Shown in pieces: positions 53,157-64,000 of a DNA stretch of 64,000 bases; within the stretch, counting starts at the first letter, position 1; every line of letters begins with the position of its first letter. A program made the position numbers and the translations under genes. The stretch comes from Diplonema japonicum. Its lineage: Eukaryota; Protista; Euglenozoa: Diplonemea. The stretch covers positions 160,868 through 224,867 of the forward strand of contig OZ025756.1 of NCBI GenBank assembly GCA_964019335.1, read 5' to 3'. Under the pieces are notes generated by a model. The model had not been told where the DNA came from and searched no databases. It worked only from the letters and a program-made list of their open reading frames with translations.

Positions 53157-54755
53157 TCAAAGAAACTCGACAATGTTGGCAAGAGCCTCAGGGGCCTCCT
53201 TGGAGATCCTGCCAAGGGCGGAGGACCTGCGTGCAGACATGCAGACAGCCATCCTTCTTCTGTACCACAGGGCGTTACTGCCGACAGGGAGGACATCGGC
53301 GACACGTACCCCTGCAAGGGGCATGGGGGACTGGAAGTCAATCATGATGGGCTCAAGCTGGGTAACGGGGACAGCGTGGTTCATGGTGATGTTGATGGAG
53401 GCCTGTGGGCGGTCAGCGTTGATGGTCCCGATGTTCCACACGAGGTGCGATCCGGTGTTCTCACACTCGTCAGCCTCCTCAACGACAGGGTCCGCCACAG
53501 CAGGCAGTGTGATGACGGCGTTGACGTACGTTCTGCTCTCGTCGTTGAGCTCGTACTGCACAAGGATGTTCTCGTCGTCACCCCAGATGGACACCGTCAG
53601 CGGGACATCCAGCGAACCACCGCCCGCCTTCACACCCCACTTCAAGATCTGCATAGGCTGCCCAGCAGGGAACGCTGCCTTGTTGTCCGGCTTTGACCTC
53701 AACAAGCACGTTGGGCCGTCGAAGGTCTTGGCATCCAGCTTTGGGTGTGGGCGGAAGTCGAACGTCCTCTTCTGCAGCGTCTTCCTGTCGAACTGCACCT
53801 CGAAGTACCCATACTCGGGCGACGGCACCGTCAGGGACAAGGAACCCTTCACCTTCGGTGCTTCCACCACGTTCCCTTCCGAGTCGTAGCCGACTGTGAT
53901 CTGCTCCTTCACCACCACTACTGCCTCTGCAGTGTCCGATACACCACCCTTGCGCCTCGCAACTGCGGACACGGGGGCTCCTGGTGCGGCTGCTCCTGCT
54001 GCTGCCTTCACGCCGTCCTCTGCAAGGACTGCCGCTGCGGTGTCCCTCTTCTTCTTGACACCCATCTTCATCCCTGTTCCTGTCTTCCTCACGGGTGCTG
54101 CAGCAGTTGGGGCAACAGGCGCCGCCACCTCCTCGTGTGTCGGGGAGACGATTTCCGGTTCGCCCATGTCCTGAGGCGCGTCGTACACCTCTTCGTTGTC
54201 CGTCTTCAGCTTGTTGATCCTCTTGGCCTCCTGCCTGGCCTTAGCCTTCGCGTCCTTCACCTTCTTGATCTCGATCTCCTTCGCGTGATCCTCCTCCTGC
54301 GACTTCATCGAGAGTGCCGTGTGCACGCCCTCCACAGTGACGTGGTTCCTGTACCCGATCGAGAGCAACTCGTCCATCGCAAACATGATCTCGTACGCTA
54401 CGCTGCTGACCTCGACCTCGGTCCGCGCTGAGCCTGCACCCAGATCCTGCGAGGGGGGCACAAGGTCGTTCATCACCCTTCCGAGCATACGCAGGGTGTC
54501 CAAGTCATCAACAATGTTACTGCCTTTGTTCGTCACAACCGTCAGCAGCATGCCCTCGAAGGGCTGGTACAGATAACGCACGCTCTCTGTCTCGATGAAC
54601 GTGTGCTGCGATCCCGAACTCATCAGCCTTGGGAGCGCTGCCAGAAGCCCCTCGATTCTGATACGTGACATCTCCACGTACTGCCTTGCGAGGATCACCT
54701 TCGGTGACTTGTTCGCCGTCGCATTTGTAAGCACTGCTGCTGCAAGGACCACCAT
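53157..54755 (-). CDS. ARCN1: Coatomer subunit delta (delta-COP)
   Basis: MVVLAAAV...ARQYVEMSRIRIEGLLAALPRLM...QHTFIETESVRYLYQP...NKGSNIVDDLDTLR longin domain, followed by a mu-homology domain. Confidence 0.93.
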   Translation of the reverse strand: MVVLAAAVLTNATANKSPKVILARQYVEMSRIRIEGLLAALPRLMSSGSQHTFIETESVRYLYQPFEGMLLTVVTNKGSNIVDDLDTLRMLGRVMNDLVPPSQDLGAGSARTEVEVSSVAYEIMFAMDELLSIGYRNHVTVEGVHTALSMKSQEEDHAKEIEIKKVKDAKAKARQEAKRINKLKTDNEEVYDAPQDMGEPEIVSPTHEEVAAPVAPTAAAPVRKTGTGMKMGVKKKRDTAAAVLAEDGVKAAAGAAAPGAPVSAVARRKGGVSDTAEAVVVVKEQITVGYDSEGNVVEAPKVKGSLSLTVPSPEYGYFEVQFDRKTLQKRTFDFRPHPKLDAKTFDGPTCLLRSKPDNKAAFPAGQPMQILKWGVKAGGGSLDVPLTVSIWGDDENILVQYELNDESRTYVNAVITLPAVADPVVEEADECENTGSHLVWNIGTINADRPQASINITMNHAVPVTQLEPIMIDFQSPMPLAGVRVADVLPVGSNALWYRRRMAVCMSARRSSALGRISKEAPEALANIVEFL

Positions 54756-55206
54756 TTTCTTTGGTTCCCGTTCCTATAGGTGTTGTGTTAGGGGTGGTAA
54801 TAAGATGGTTATAAAAAGCTAGTACTGGTAAAGGGAAGGGGGAAGGTTTCAATAAAAAAAGGAAAGGGGGGAAAGGTTTTTCATCAGTTAATCCAAATCA
54901 GTACTGCAGTAGGAGTGGCGTGTTGGTTGCGCGACAGCTCTTCTTGCACAAGGGAAGGGAATACGAATGTAAATATGGTAGTGCTCTGAAAAAGAAAGTG
55001 CCAGGAAGGTTTCCTTCAGTTGCACCTGTTGGTGACTGTCTTTGTCTTTGGAGCCACTTAAAAGGGAAAACAATAAATCAAGTCAGGCAAAGGTGTAGGC
55101 AGCGATTACATAGTCCACGTGCTTTTTTCCCCCCTAACCCCTTCCTTTACTCCCTCCCTACCCGAGGCTAGGGAGGGAGAAAAGGAAAGGAGAGGGCTTG
55201 GCCAGC

Positions 55207-55242
<36 letters not shown>

Positions 55243-55368
55243 TTTATTTTAAAAAAAAGTAAAAGTAAAATAAAAAGGCTGTGGGTAAAAAAAAGTAGAG
55301 TAAAAAAAAAAAAAAAAAAAAAAAAAAGGTTTTTCCGAAGTGAAGGCACGACACGACAAATAATATAT

Positions 55369-55548
55369 GAGTTAAAGGAGGCCGGTGTTGGCGGCGCCCT
55401 GCACAAGAACTGTCTACTTGATTACAGGGGGTGCGCCGCGGCCGAGTTGTAGCTTCTTCTGCGTTCCGCGTTGTGTCCTTAATGCGTGCGGTGTACAGCT
55501 CAACCCCAGCCGGTGCGTCCCAGGTAACCAAGATTCTGCACTCGTGCA
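55369..55548 (-). mobile_element. SINE-like repeat, 5'-truncated copy
   Basis: Matches 28009-28188. Confidence 0.8.
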
Positions 55549-55639
55549 ACAAGCTTGTACATACAACAGAATAAATGGGAAGCTCGCTCGGTCTGTGTTG
55601 CGGGTTGCCTTTGTAAAAAGGCATAGAGGTGGGTCAGAG

Positions 55640-58132
55640 TTAGTATGGCTGCCCTTTCCTTGCTTCCTCCTCTTCTGTTTTGCTACCAATCCATTTGTAG
55701 ATGCAGAACCCAACAACTGCGCATAGCAGAAGTACACCAGTGATAGGGAGCACGTAGTAAAGGTAGGTATTCGAAGAGCTGTTGTCATCGTCTTTCGCGC
55801 AGGTATCGTGCTGTGTAGCAGCTTCCCTGGACAGGGTGTACCCAGCGAAGCACCTAAGTGCAACACATGCCGTGCCAAGACGTGTGGTCACATTCGCACC
55901 CTCTATGTCGCATGCTGTGCTCGCAACTGTTGTCGCCACCACAGCAAAGGACGACCCCACAACGCTGGCAAGCGCATTGTGCGTTCCTGCAAGCCTGCTT
56001 CCAATCTGTGTGCTTACGTCCCCAGGCACATTGGCTGCTGGCACAGAGAAATGCAAAGACCCGCAGCCATAAGAGGCTGCCACTGTCGCTTCCCCTAGCA
56101 CCTGTGCAAGCATGTCGTTCAGCATCGCGATGAGCGTTGCTTCTGCCAAAAACTGCCTGCAGCTTGCATTGTGGAACACTCCTTGCAGGACGGCCGTGCC
56201 ACTGACAGACTCCGAAGGAACCACAGGCACCACTACTGGCACAATCTCCGGGACTGCTTGTGGTGGTGCCTGTGGCACACCAGCACCAGGGACCACTTGC
56301 AGGGTGGCTTGGGGCATCGCTTGTGGTATAATCTCAGGAATTGCAAGCGGGGTAATCTGAGGCGTTGCTTGTGGGGCAACTTGGGGCATTGCCAGTGGGA
56401 TAATCTCAGGTGCTGCTTTAGGCACAGGTAAAGCTTCTGGGGCCGCCACAGGAAGCCTGCCACTCTCAGGGGCTGCCATTGGTGAATCTTTAGGAATTGT
56501 TTCTAATACTGCCTGCGGCATTGTCTCTGGCACCACTTCTGGCTGTGCAGGTAGTGCTTGGGGCACAGCTTCTGGCTGCGCAGGTAGTGCTTGGGGCACA
56601 GCTTCTGGAACACCCACAGGCACGGCCATGGGTGTTGTAACAGGGACTGCCTCAGGGACTGCCTCAGGTTCTACTTCAGGAATCATCTCCACTTCAGGTG
56701 CTTCATCGCAAGACCATTTGACTGCAAAACCTGTTGCTCTAAAACTCGAATCAGAGATAAATTGGAGCATCACTTCACCTGTATCCAGTTGCAAACTCTG
56801 AGCACCCTGCCCCGTGAGCGTATGTGTCGGAAGGTCTCTGACATGCACGAAGAGGTAGTCGCTCCGGTTCTCTAAGTTAACCCTCGAGAACTCTAGAGTG
56901 ATGTTATTCACACACGTAATTTCCCAGCATAGAAACTCACCATTGTCATACAACCCGCTGGCTGGGTGGACAAGGCTACCGCTGCCCGTTAAGGAAGTAT
57001 AAGAGCCATAACAGTTGTGCATGTGGTCGTTGCTGCTAACAGCACCGCTGCAGGGTACATGGAGGAGCATATCAGTGGTGGTGGCAGTTTTGTGACCCTG
57101 CACGGCGCCTGTGAGGCTCGTGTCATTGAGGACAGAGACGAGGCTCATGTACGATGGAGTCATGCCAAGGGAGAGGTAGTTCGCAAGCACGCCTGAGACA
57201 TGTGGGGCTGCCATTGAGGTACCGCTCTTCAGTGTCAGCGATGTATCATCGAGATTTGAGGCAGACCTGATGAACATTCCAGGGGCATGCACGTTGATGC
57301 ATTGCCCATAGTTGGAGCTAGCAGAGGGGAAGTATCCCTTGCTGCCGAAGCCTACGTTCCCCACATTAATAACATTAGCAGCTGTACCTGGAGAGAAGTC
57401 ACAGGAATCCATGTTGTCGTTACCCGAAGCACCTACGATGATGGCAGGGTCAGTGATACGCTCCAGCGCAGCGTTCACTACAACAGACTTGGAGCCGCCT
57501 AGTGAGAGGTTGATGACAGCTGGGAGCCCATGCTGGGCCATGTCGAGGAGTGCCCACTCCAGGCCTTGCAGGACGTTGTACCAGCTGCCTTCACCATTAT
57601 CGCCAAGGACTTTGATGGATTTGATTGTTGCATTTTTCGCAATGCTTATCACGGTGCCGGCCACGTGAGTGCCATGCCCATTAACATCCTGCTGCAGGGA
57701 GTCTTGTGCGAAGTTGGCTGCCCACTCACACTTCTGTTCCGGGAAAGCTGCATGGCTGCATCTCACACCAGTGTCCAGTATGTACACTACAACGCCTGTG
57801 CCAGCCTTCGCATGGTGCATGTATGCCTCTGCAAGATGGTCAGTACTTCCACTGATGGAACGAGCACCCCAGGCCGCCGTCCGGTCTTCTGCACCGCACA
57901 TTTCGGGTGTCGTCTGGAACAACCTCACCTTTCGATTTGTGATATCTTCATAATAAGCGATTGAGCTACCTCCCACTGTTGTGTGCACTTCAGGCAAGGT
58001 GGTGAACTCCATCACCATGAACCCATTGATGTCCACTACACCTGCTGTGTGCTTCTTCGCCCCTTCAAGTACCGCTAAGTACTCTGCACCTACTGCGTCT
58101 AGCATCATTAGCAGTATCAGACATCTTGACAT
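55640..58132 (-). CDS. Membrane-anchored subtilisin-like protease (S8, proteinase K-like) with CUB domain and Pro/Ala/Val/Glu stalk
   Basis: YILDTG, HGTHVAG, GTSMAAPHV triad; CUB motifs (CWEITC, DYLFV, FISDSS..ATGF); C-terminal TM segment. Confidence 0.92.
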   Translation of the reverse strand: MSRCLILLMMLDAVGAEYLAVLEGAKKHTAGVVDINGFMVMEFTTLPEVHTTVGGSSIAYYEDITNRKVRLFQTTPEMCGAEDRTAAWGARSISGSTDHLAEAYMHHAKAGTGVVVYILDTGVRCSHAAFPEQKCEWAANFAQDSLQQDVNGHGTHVAGTVISIAKNATIKSIKVLGDNGEGSWYNVLQGLEWALLDMAQHGLPAVINLSLGGSKSVVVNAALERITDPAIIVGASGNDNMDSCDFSPGTAANVINVGNVGFGSKGYFPSASSNYGQCINVHAPGMFIRSASNLDDTSLTLKSGTSMAAPHVSGVLANYLSLGMTPSYMSLVSVLNDTSLTGAVQGHKTATTTDMLLHVPCSGAVSSNDHMHNCYGSYTSLTGSGSLVHPASGLYDNGEFLCWEITCVNNITLEFSRVNLENRSDYLFVHVRDLPTHTLTGQGAQSLQLDTGEVMLQFISDSSFRATGFAVKWSCDEAPEVEMIPEVEPEAVPEAVPVTTPMAVPVGVPEAVPQALPAQPEAVPQALPAQPEVVPETMPQAVLETIPKDSPMAAPESGRLPVAAPEALPVPKAAPEIIPLAMPQVAPQATPQITPLAIPEIIPQAMPQATLQVVPGAGVPQAPPQAVPEIVPVVVPVVPSESVSGTAVLQGVFHNASCRQFLAEATLIAMLNDMLAQVLGEATVAASYGCGSLHFSVPAANVPGDVSTQIGSRLAGTHNALASVVGSSFAVVATTVASTACDIEGANVTTRLGTACVALRCFAGYTLSREAATQHDTCAKDDDNSSSNTYLYYVLPITGVLLLCAVVGFCIYKWIGSKTEEEEARKGQPY

Positions 58133-59384
58133 ATTTGTATCTGCCCATGCAGCAGGCTTTTTTTTCTTGCTTTTCCTTTTTTTTTTTTTTTTTTTTCATA
58201 CAAATATTTATCTTTCAAAAAATAATTTTATAAGAATGAAGGGGTGAAACAAAAGAGTGAAAAAAGAAAAGAAGAAAAAAACTAATGAAATAAGTCTATG
58301 CACATTTGTTAACCTGTTTGACAGAGGAAAACTCTCCTCAAACACCAGAGTGGCTTGACCTTTTGGGGAGGGGGGGTGAGTACTCATACCACAAAATTGT
58401 GGGTCCTTTATCTACAAGTATTTGCCAAGTTGATAAGAGAAAAGAGAAACAAGCAGGGAGGAGGGGGAGGGGGATCGACAGGACTATTAGATAGAGTGCA
58501 GGTTGGTATGAAAAGAAGATAAAAAAACAAGGTTCCGATTTACGAACGTGGGCGGCTGAAGGAGCTGTTGCCAATGGAGTGCTGGATGCTGTGATGGCTA
58601 CCCATGGACACCATGACCCATGCTGTGTTGAGGTAGTCAGGCTGGGCCTTCAAGCCACTCTATCCGTTGTTCAATCCTGCGATCATCTCCTTCAGTGCGA
58701 TTTTTTAAGCTTTGTCACGAACTGCAAGATGGGGTCGATGTGGTTCTCTCTATTTGGCTTATTCTTCTCCTTCAGTCGCTGGTTTAGCCGAAGCAAGTCC
58801 AAGGTGGACTCTGCAAGTTTGCATGGCCCTTTTGGTTGCTTGCATTTGAAGTGAGGATTACCATCAGTAAGATGTGGGTTGGCACATCACTGAGGAACTC
58901 ATACTTCAGGAGCTCAAGAGTGGAGATAGTCTACATCCTGATGATCAGAAATGAAGTCCGATCCACTCTCTTTCCTCTGCACCCGAACAATCACAAGGAC
59001 AGCATCTGGCAGTGCAGTTAGCTCTAGTTGAACCATCACCTGACAGGAAGTTATACTGGGCATTTTGTCCAGCGATAATTTCTGGACAACAAGCAACTTC
59101 GCTATCAAAGTCTTGTACCATTTAGACTGTAAACACGTTACCCTGTAGTGGACGCGCATTTTAAAAAGAAGGAAGTAATGATGTGACTAATTCATTATAA
59201 AAAAAAAAAACACTACAGACTGCAGTGAGCCATATCTCTTGCTAAGTGAATCCCTTACATCGAAAAAGTAAACCTGTGGCAACTACTACTTTGCAATAGA
59301 AGTAAATCTTTCATGAAAGGCAATCAAACTCATTTCAAAGTTCACTGCAGTGATAAAAATTTCAAGAAAAAATAAAAAATATAT

Positions 59385-59669
59385 GAGTTAAAGGAGGCTG
59401 GTGTTGGTGGTGCCCTGCACAAGAACTGTCTACTTGATTACAGGGGGTGCACCACGGCCGAGTTGTAGCTTCTTCTGTGTTCCACGTCGTGTCCTTAATG
59501 TGTGCGGTGTACAGCTCAACCCAGCTGGGACATCCCAGGTAACCAAGATTCTGCACTTGTGCAGTTTGCTGCCTGTTTGTCACCCTGAGCATCTGCGTTT
59601 CGTTCTTCCACTTGGGCACTACCAGTGATGACCGACAAGGAGGTCAACAGTGAACAACACATCTGATGT
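59385..59669 (-). mobile_element. SINE-like repeat, CpG-decayed copy
   Basis: Colinear with the 28009 copy, with many CG>TG/CA changes. Confidence 0.85.
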
Positions 59670-59762
59670 TAAAAAAAAGTTTTAAAAATAAAACAAGTCC
59701 ACTGATGATAAATTAAACCCAGGAGGAAGGAGTGGGTTTTTTTTTTTTTTTTTTTTTTTTCT

Positions 59763-60018
59763 GAGAAAAACAACATACACAGTAACCAAATAACTTTTTT
59801 CCACTCAAGTCTGCAAGCAGAATTTCCACCACTGTTTACAGTAACCCATAACTTTTTTTCCACTCTCCATGGTAACTTACAACTTTTTTTCCACTCAAAT
59901 GGTTTTTTGTAAAAATTTTCCACTCCACGGTAACCTATTTTTATTTCCACTAAACCATGTAAGTAATAACTTTTTTTCCACTGTCCATGGAAACCCACAA
60001 CTTTTTTCCAATGTCCAT
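59763..60018. mobile_element. Solo TIR of the MULE family at 3839-6776
   Basis: GAGAAAAACAAC...AAATAACTTTTTTCCAC...TATTTCCACTAAACCATGTA, the inverse of 4480-4570 plus 6630-6776. Confidence 0.7.
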
Positions 60019-60968
60019 GGTGGAAGTAGGCACAGCCAGGGCTCAAAAAAGACACCAAGAATTTCTCTTGGAAGTTGGTAAGGGTGATTTCCAAAGACGA
60101 TTTAAAGCCAAAGCCGAGGCATCTGGCGTCTGATGTACTTCTCCACCCCTCACCCCCCTGCCTGTGAATATGCCAAGGATGACCTCAAGCCCCTGTTGTC
60201 ATGAAGTCACAGATAGGTAGGCCAGCAAAGAGGAAGCGAAGTGAGAGAGAAGGGGAAAATAAATGCAGCAACTTGTAAGAACCTTTATTACTCAACTGCA
60301 GCACCACAACCACAATCACTCCTTGAAGTGCTGTCCCAGTTTTAGTCCCAGCCTTCAGGGTAGTCACCTGTTTCTCTTAAAAGGTCTCTTTTCCTTTTCT
60401 TTTGCTATGACATCATGTTTTGCCCCCCTTGCTACATTTCATACCAAACCCCAATGAAACATAAAAATGTCAGAGGCTACCATGGACGTTGTTTTTCTTT
60501 TTTTTTTTTTTTTTTTTTAATTTTGTTTGGGAAAGGGGGTGGAGAAGAAGAGGCAAATTCAAAAACAAACTAGGGAGGAAAGAGTGGGGTGGGGGGTAAA
60601 ATTTAGGAGGGGGAAAGAGGGAGAAAGAGGGAGAAAGCAAAAAGGGGGAAGGGGGCAGAGTGACCAATGTCCATGCGAAAAAGTAGTGGGGGAAGAAGAA
60701 AATCAAAAACAGGAAAACCACATCAAGAACATAAAAAAAAACAAACCGCAGCTGTTGACCAAGGCGGTTCTGCTTCAAAAAAAAAAAAGAAAATCAGGGA
60801 TGGGATCTTGGGATTCTGATTAAATCACAAGTGCCTCAGCCACCTTCTGATCAGCATACTACTTCAGCAGGTTAGATGGTTGTTGTGGAGTTGTTGTGGA
60901 GGGGGCAGGTCCCCAGTGTCTTCGAGGTATTGGATTGCTTTCTGTTGGTTTTTCCACAAAGATGTTTC

Positions 60969-61499
60969 TCAGTGCCAGACTGTTTTGATTCTAAAATGTT
61001 CCTCCTTTTTTTTCCCCCCTTCTTTTTTTTTTCCCCCCTTCTCAACATCGACTTTTCTTTTTTTCTTTTTTAAAGATTTTCCACCAATGTAAGAAAGATT
61101 GGTCATCACATTCAAGTCAATGGGTTCTAGTTTTTCGCACCCACCCAAGAAGCGATTACCAATGGAAGAAAGATTGGTCATCGCATTCAGGTCGATGGTT
61201 TCTAGTTTTTTGCACTGACACAAGAAGCGATCACAAATGGAAGAAAGATTGGTCATCACATTCAAGTTGATGGTTTCTAGGTTTTCGCACATCAATAAAA
61301 AGTCATGATCAATGGTGGAAACATTGGGGAGGATGAGATCAACAGACATCAGGTGGTCACACTCTTGAAGAAACCCAGTGTCTATTCCTGTAACACAGCC
61401 TGTGGAGTCGGTGACAATGAGGAACCAAAGTCCAGAAGGAAGGCCTGTCCTCTTCAGGGACAAGACTTTGACAGCTGGCAAGTTCCCCACCTCCACCAC
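60969..61499 (-). pseudogene. Leucine-rich repeat (BspA-like) gene fragment
   Basis: Three 75-bp/25-aa repeats of LETIDLNAMTNLSSIGNRFLGGCEK type; ends in low-complexity sequence. Confidence 0.6.
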
Positions 61500-62454
61500 C
61501 AGAACCAGCCAGGGTCAGCTGTCACAAGCTCCTGAAGCTCTGAAACTACTTCTGAGATCTCAAGCTCCTCCAGCTGAACGGTTCTCATCTTCACCTCCAC
61601 ATGGCAGTGTTGGTCCAGACCCTTGAGGGACTCAGGGGACTCCAAGCAGGACAGGAGTCCCCTGAAATTTTCAGGGGTCTGGAGGGGACTCAGGGGACTC
61701 TTGGGACCAAAAAATTTCTTTGTGTTTTTTGTGTCACAAAGGCCCAAATTTAGGCTGGGGCTTGCATTTTTTTGGTACTTTTGGTTTCAAAAGTTCAAAA
61801 AAAGAGGTCCTAGGTTTGGGTGGGATCTTAGGCAAGGCTCATACTACCTTGTTGTGACTATGTAAAAAAAATTTTTTTAGGGCGTCTCACAAAGACTCCC
61901 TTCAATTCATATATCTTTTATTTTCTTTTTATTTTTCTTTTCTTTATTTTCTTTCTCCCAACCCTACCCCCCCTCGAAAAAAAAAAGAAAAGAAAAGAAA
62001 AGATTCATTCCTCCCTAGTTTATTATATTTTGCATCAGGTTTGCCGAGAAAATAAAAGGAAAAACAAGGAAAGAGAACGGCAACCAAATTTTAAATTTTT
62101 ATTTTATCATCAAAGGAGGTTTGAAAAAGAGAAAAATTAAAGAGAAGAAAGAGACCTTTTTCTCCTCTATCGATAAGTGATTCATGAACTCGAATCTTTA
62201 TCACCACTTTTTTGTGCATGCCAGATTTTTTTTTTTTTCTCCCGCCTTGTTAGAGAAGTTTTAATTTACTAGTAAAAAAAATAAAAAAAGTGAAAAGAGG
62301 AGTAGAAGACGATCCGGTGGGGGGCATGGGAACCATAAACCGTGTCTTCCATCGCGATCGGCAAGGCGGGGGCTTTTCCGTCCCATGGGTGAAAAGAGGC
62401 GGATAAAACCACTATTCCGGATCCCCCCCAACACTGAGCATGCACTTTTTCCCC

Positions 62455-62498
<44 letters not shown>

Positions 62499-63050
62499 AA
62501 AAAAAATGTTTTGGGGTTTGGGGACCAGCTTTGAAAAAAAAAATATTAAAAAGAGGCTTGCAAGAAAAGTACAATGCAAAAAAAAAAAAAAAAGACCTGG
62601 CATGTATTCCTTATCATGACAAAAGTACAACACAAATTATGTAAAAAAAAAAAAAAAAGAAGAAGAAAAAATCTAACTTTCAGTTATGAAAGGGTAGCCC
62701 TTCTGGGAGTTTTTTTTAGAAATTTCGACACAGAAAATATTTTATACACTGTATGGTACAATATAAAACGACACTTTGGTGTGTTGTGTTGTGTTACTTC
62801 ACATTTTTTGTGTCAAGTGAATGAAATGTGAACAGAAAACACATCATGTTGCTTCACATTGTGTTGCATTGCTGTCAGAGTCGATGTGTATTTATACAGT
62901 ATTTAGCCTTTGTTTATCATTTTCTTTGTATTATTTTTTACAATTAACAGATAAAATGATTGTGGTACTTGTTCTGCTTCTGTTCTTCGTTCCTGACACC
63001 GAAGCTGTGCCAAGTAGTGAAGAAGGTGAAAGGGGTGCAGAGGGTGCAGA

Positions 63051-63998
63051 ACCCGCAAACCCGCAAACCCGCAAACCCGCAAACCCGCAAACCCGCAAAC
63101 CCGCAAACCCGCAAACCCGCAAACCCGCAAACCCGCAAACCCGCAAACCCGCAAACCCGCAAACCCGCAAACCCGCAAACCCGCAAACCCGCAAACCCGC
63201 AAACCCGCAAACCCGCAAACCCGCAAACCCGCAAACCCGCAAACCCGCAAACCCGCAAACCCGCAAACCCGCAAACCCGCAAACCCGCAAACCCGCAAAC
63301 CCGCAAACCCGCAAACCCGCAAACCCGCAAACCCGCAAACCCGCAAACCCGCAAACCCGCAAACCCGCAAACCCGCAAACCCGCAACCGCAAACCCGCAA
63401 ACCCGCAAACCCGCAAACCCGCAAACCCGCAAACCCGCAAACCCGCAAACCCGCAAACCCGCAAACCCGCAAACCCGCAAACCCGCAAACCCGCAAACCC
63501 GCAAACCCGCAAACCCGCAAACCCGCAAACCCGCAAACCCGCAAACCCGCAAACCCGCAAACCCGCAAACCCGCAAACCCGCAAACCCGCAAACCCGCAA
63601 ACCCGCAAACCCGCAAACCCGCAAACCCGCAAACCCGCAAACCCGCAAACCCGCAAACCCGCAAACCCGCAAACCCGCAAACCCGCAAACCCGCAAACCC
63701 GCAAACCCGCAAACCCGCAAACCCGCAAACCCGCAAACCCGCAAACCCGCAAACCCGCAAACCCGCAAACCCGCAAACCCGCAAACCCGCAAACCCGCAA
63801 ACCCGCAAACCCGCAAACCCGCAAACCCGCAAACCCGCAAACCCGCAAACCCGCAAACCCGCAAACCCGCAAACCCGCAAACCCGCAAACCCGCAAACCC
63901 GCAAACCCGCAAACCCGCAAACCCGCAAACCCGCAAACCCGCAAACCCGCAAACCCGCAAACCCGCAAACCCGCAAACCCGCAAACCCGCAAACCCGC
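63051..63998. repeat. (AAACCCGC)n octamer satellite, ~118 copies
   Basis: Near-perfect 8-mer array with one shortened unit near 63385. Confidence 0.98.
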
Positions 63999-64000
63999 CC

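Noticed and set aside
58560-59160. Coding-like composition with short ORFs
   Set aside because: Multiple stops and no recognisable motif; possibly a decayed gene but unsupported.
62903-63992. Three long RVCGFAGL-repeat ORFs
   Set aside because: Translation of a stop-free octamer satellite.

Overview
Eukaryotic protist DNA, most consistent with a euglenozoan (diplonemid or free-living kinetoplastid-like; this is inference). Every credible protein gene is intron-free and on the minus strand, as in a polycistronic, trans-spliced gene cluster. The window is dominated by a family of multi-pass membrane receptor adenylate cyclases: 13 members share the same N-terminal membrane module. Ten are full-length, with a diverged multi-TM sensor, an intact class III cyclase domain that is nearly identical at DNA level between copies, and a second, catalytically dead cyclase-like domain. 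One member is truncated, one carries only a dead cyclase domain, and one runs off the left edge. A separate HAMP-type receptor pseudo-cyclase is also present. Single-copy genes encode an ankyrin/CaaX protein, an aldo-keto reductase, an AGC kinase, a serine carboxypeptidase S10, an FkbM methyltransferase (plus a collapsed pseudogene), delta-COP, a subtilisin-CUB membrane protease and an LRR fragment. Intergenic DNA holds a Mutator-like element with a LINE inserted in its right TIR, a stack of MITEs, a ~300-bp SINE-like family (8 pieces) sharing its 3' end with the LINE, a two-copy structured repeat with hammerhead-like core motifs, a 200-N gap and a ~950-bp (AAACCCGC)n satellite at the right edge.
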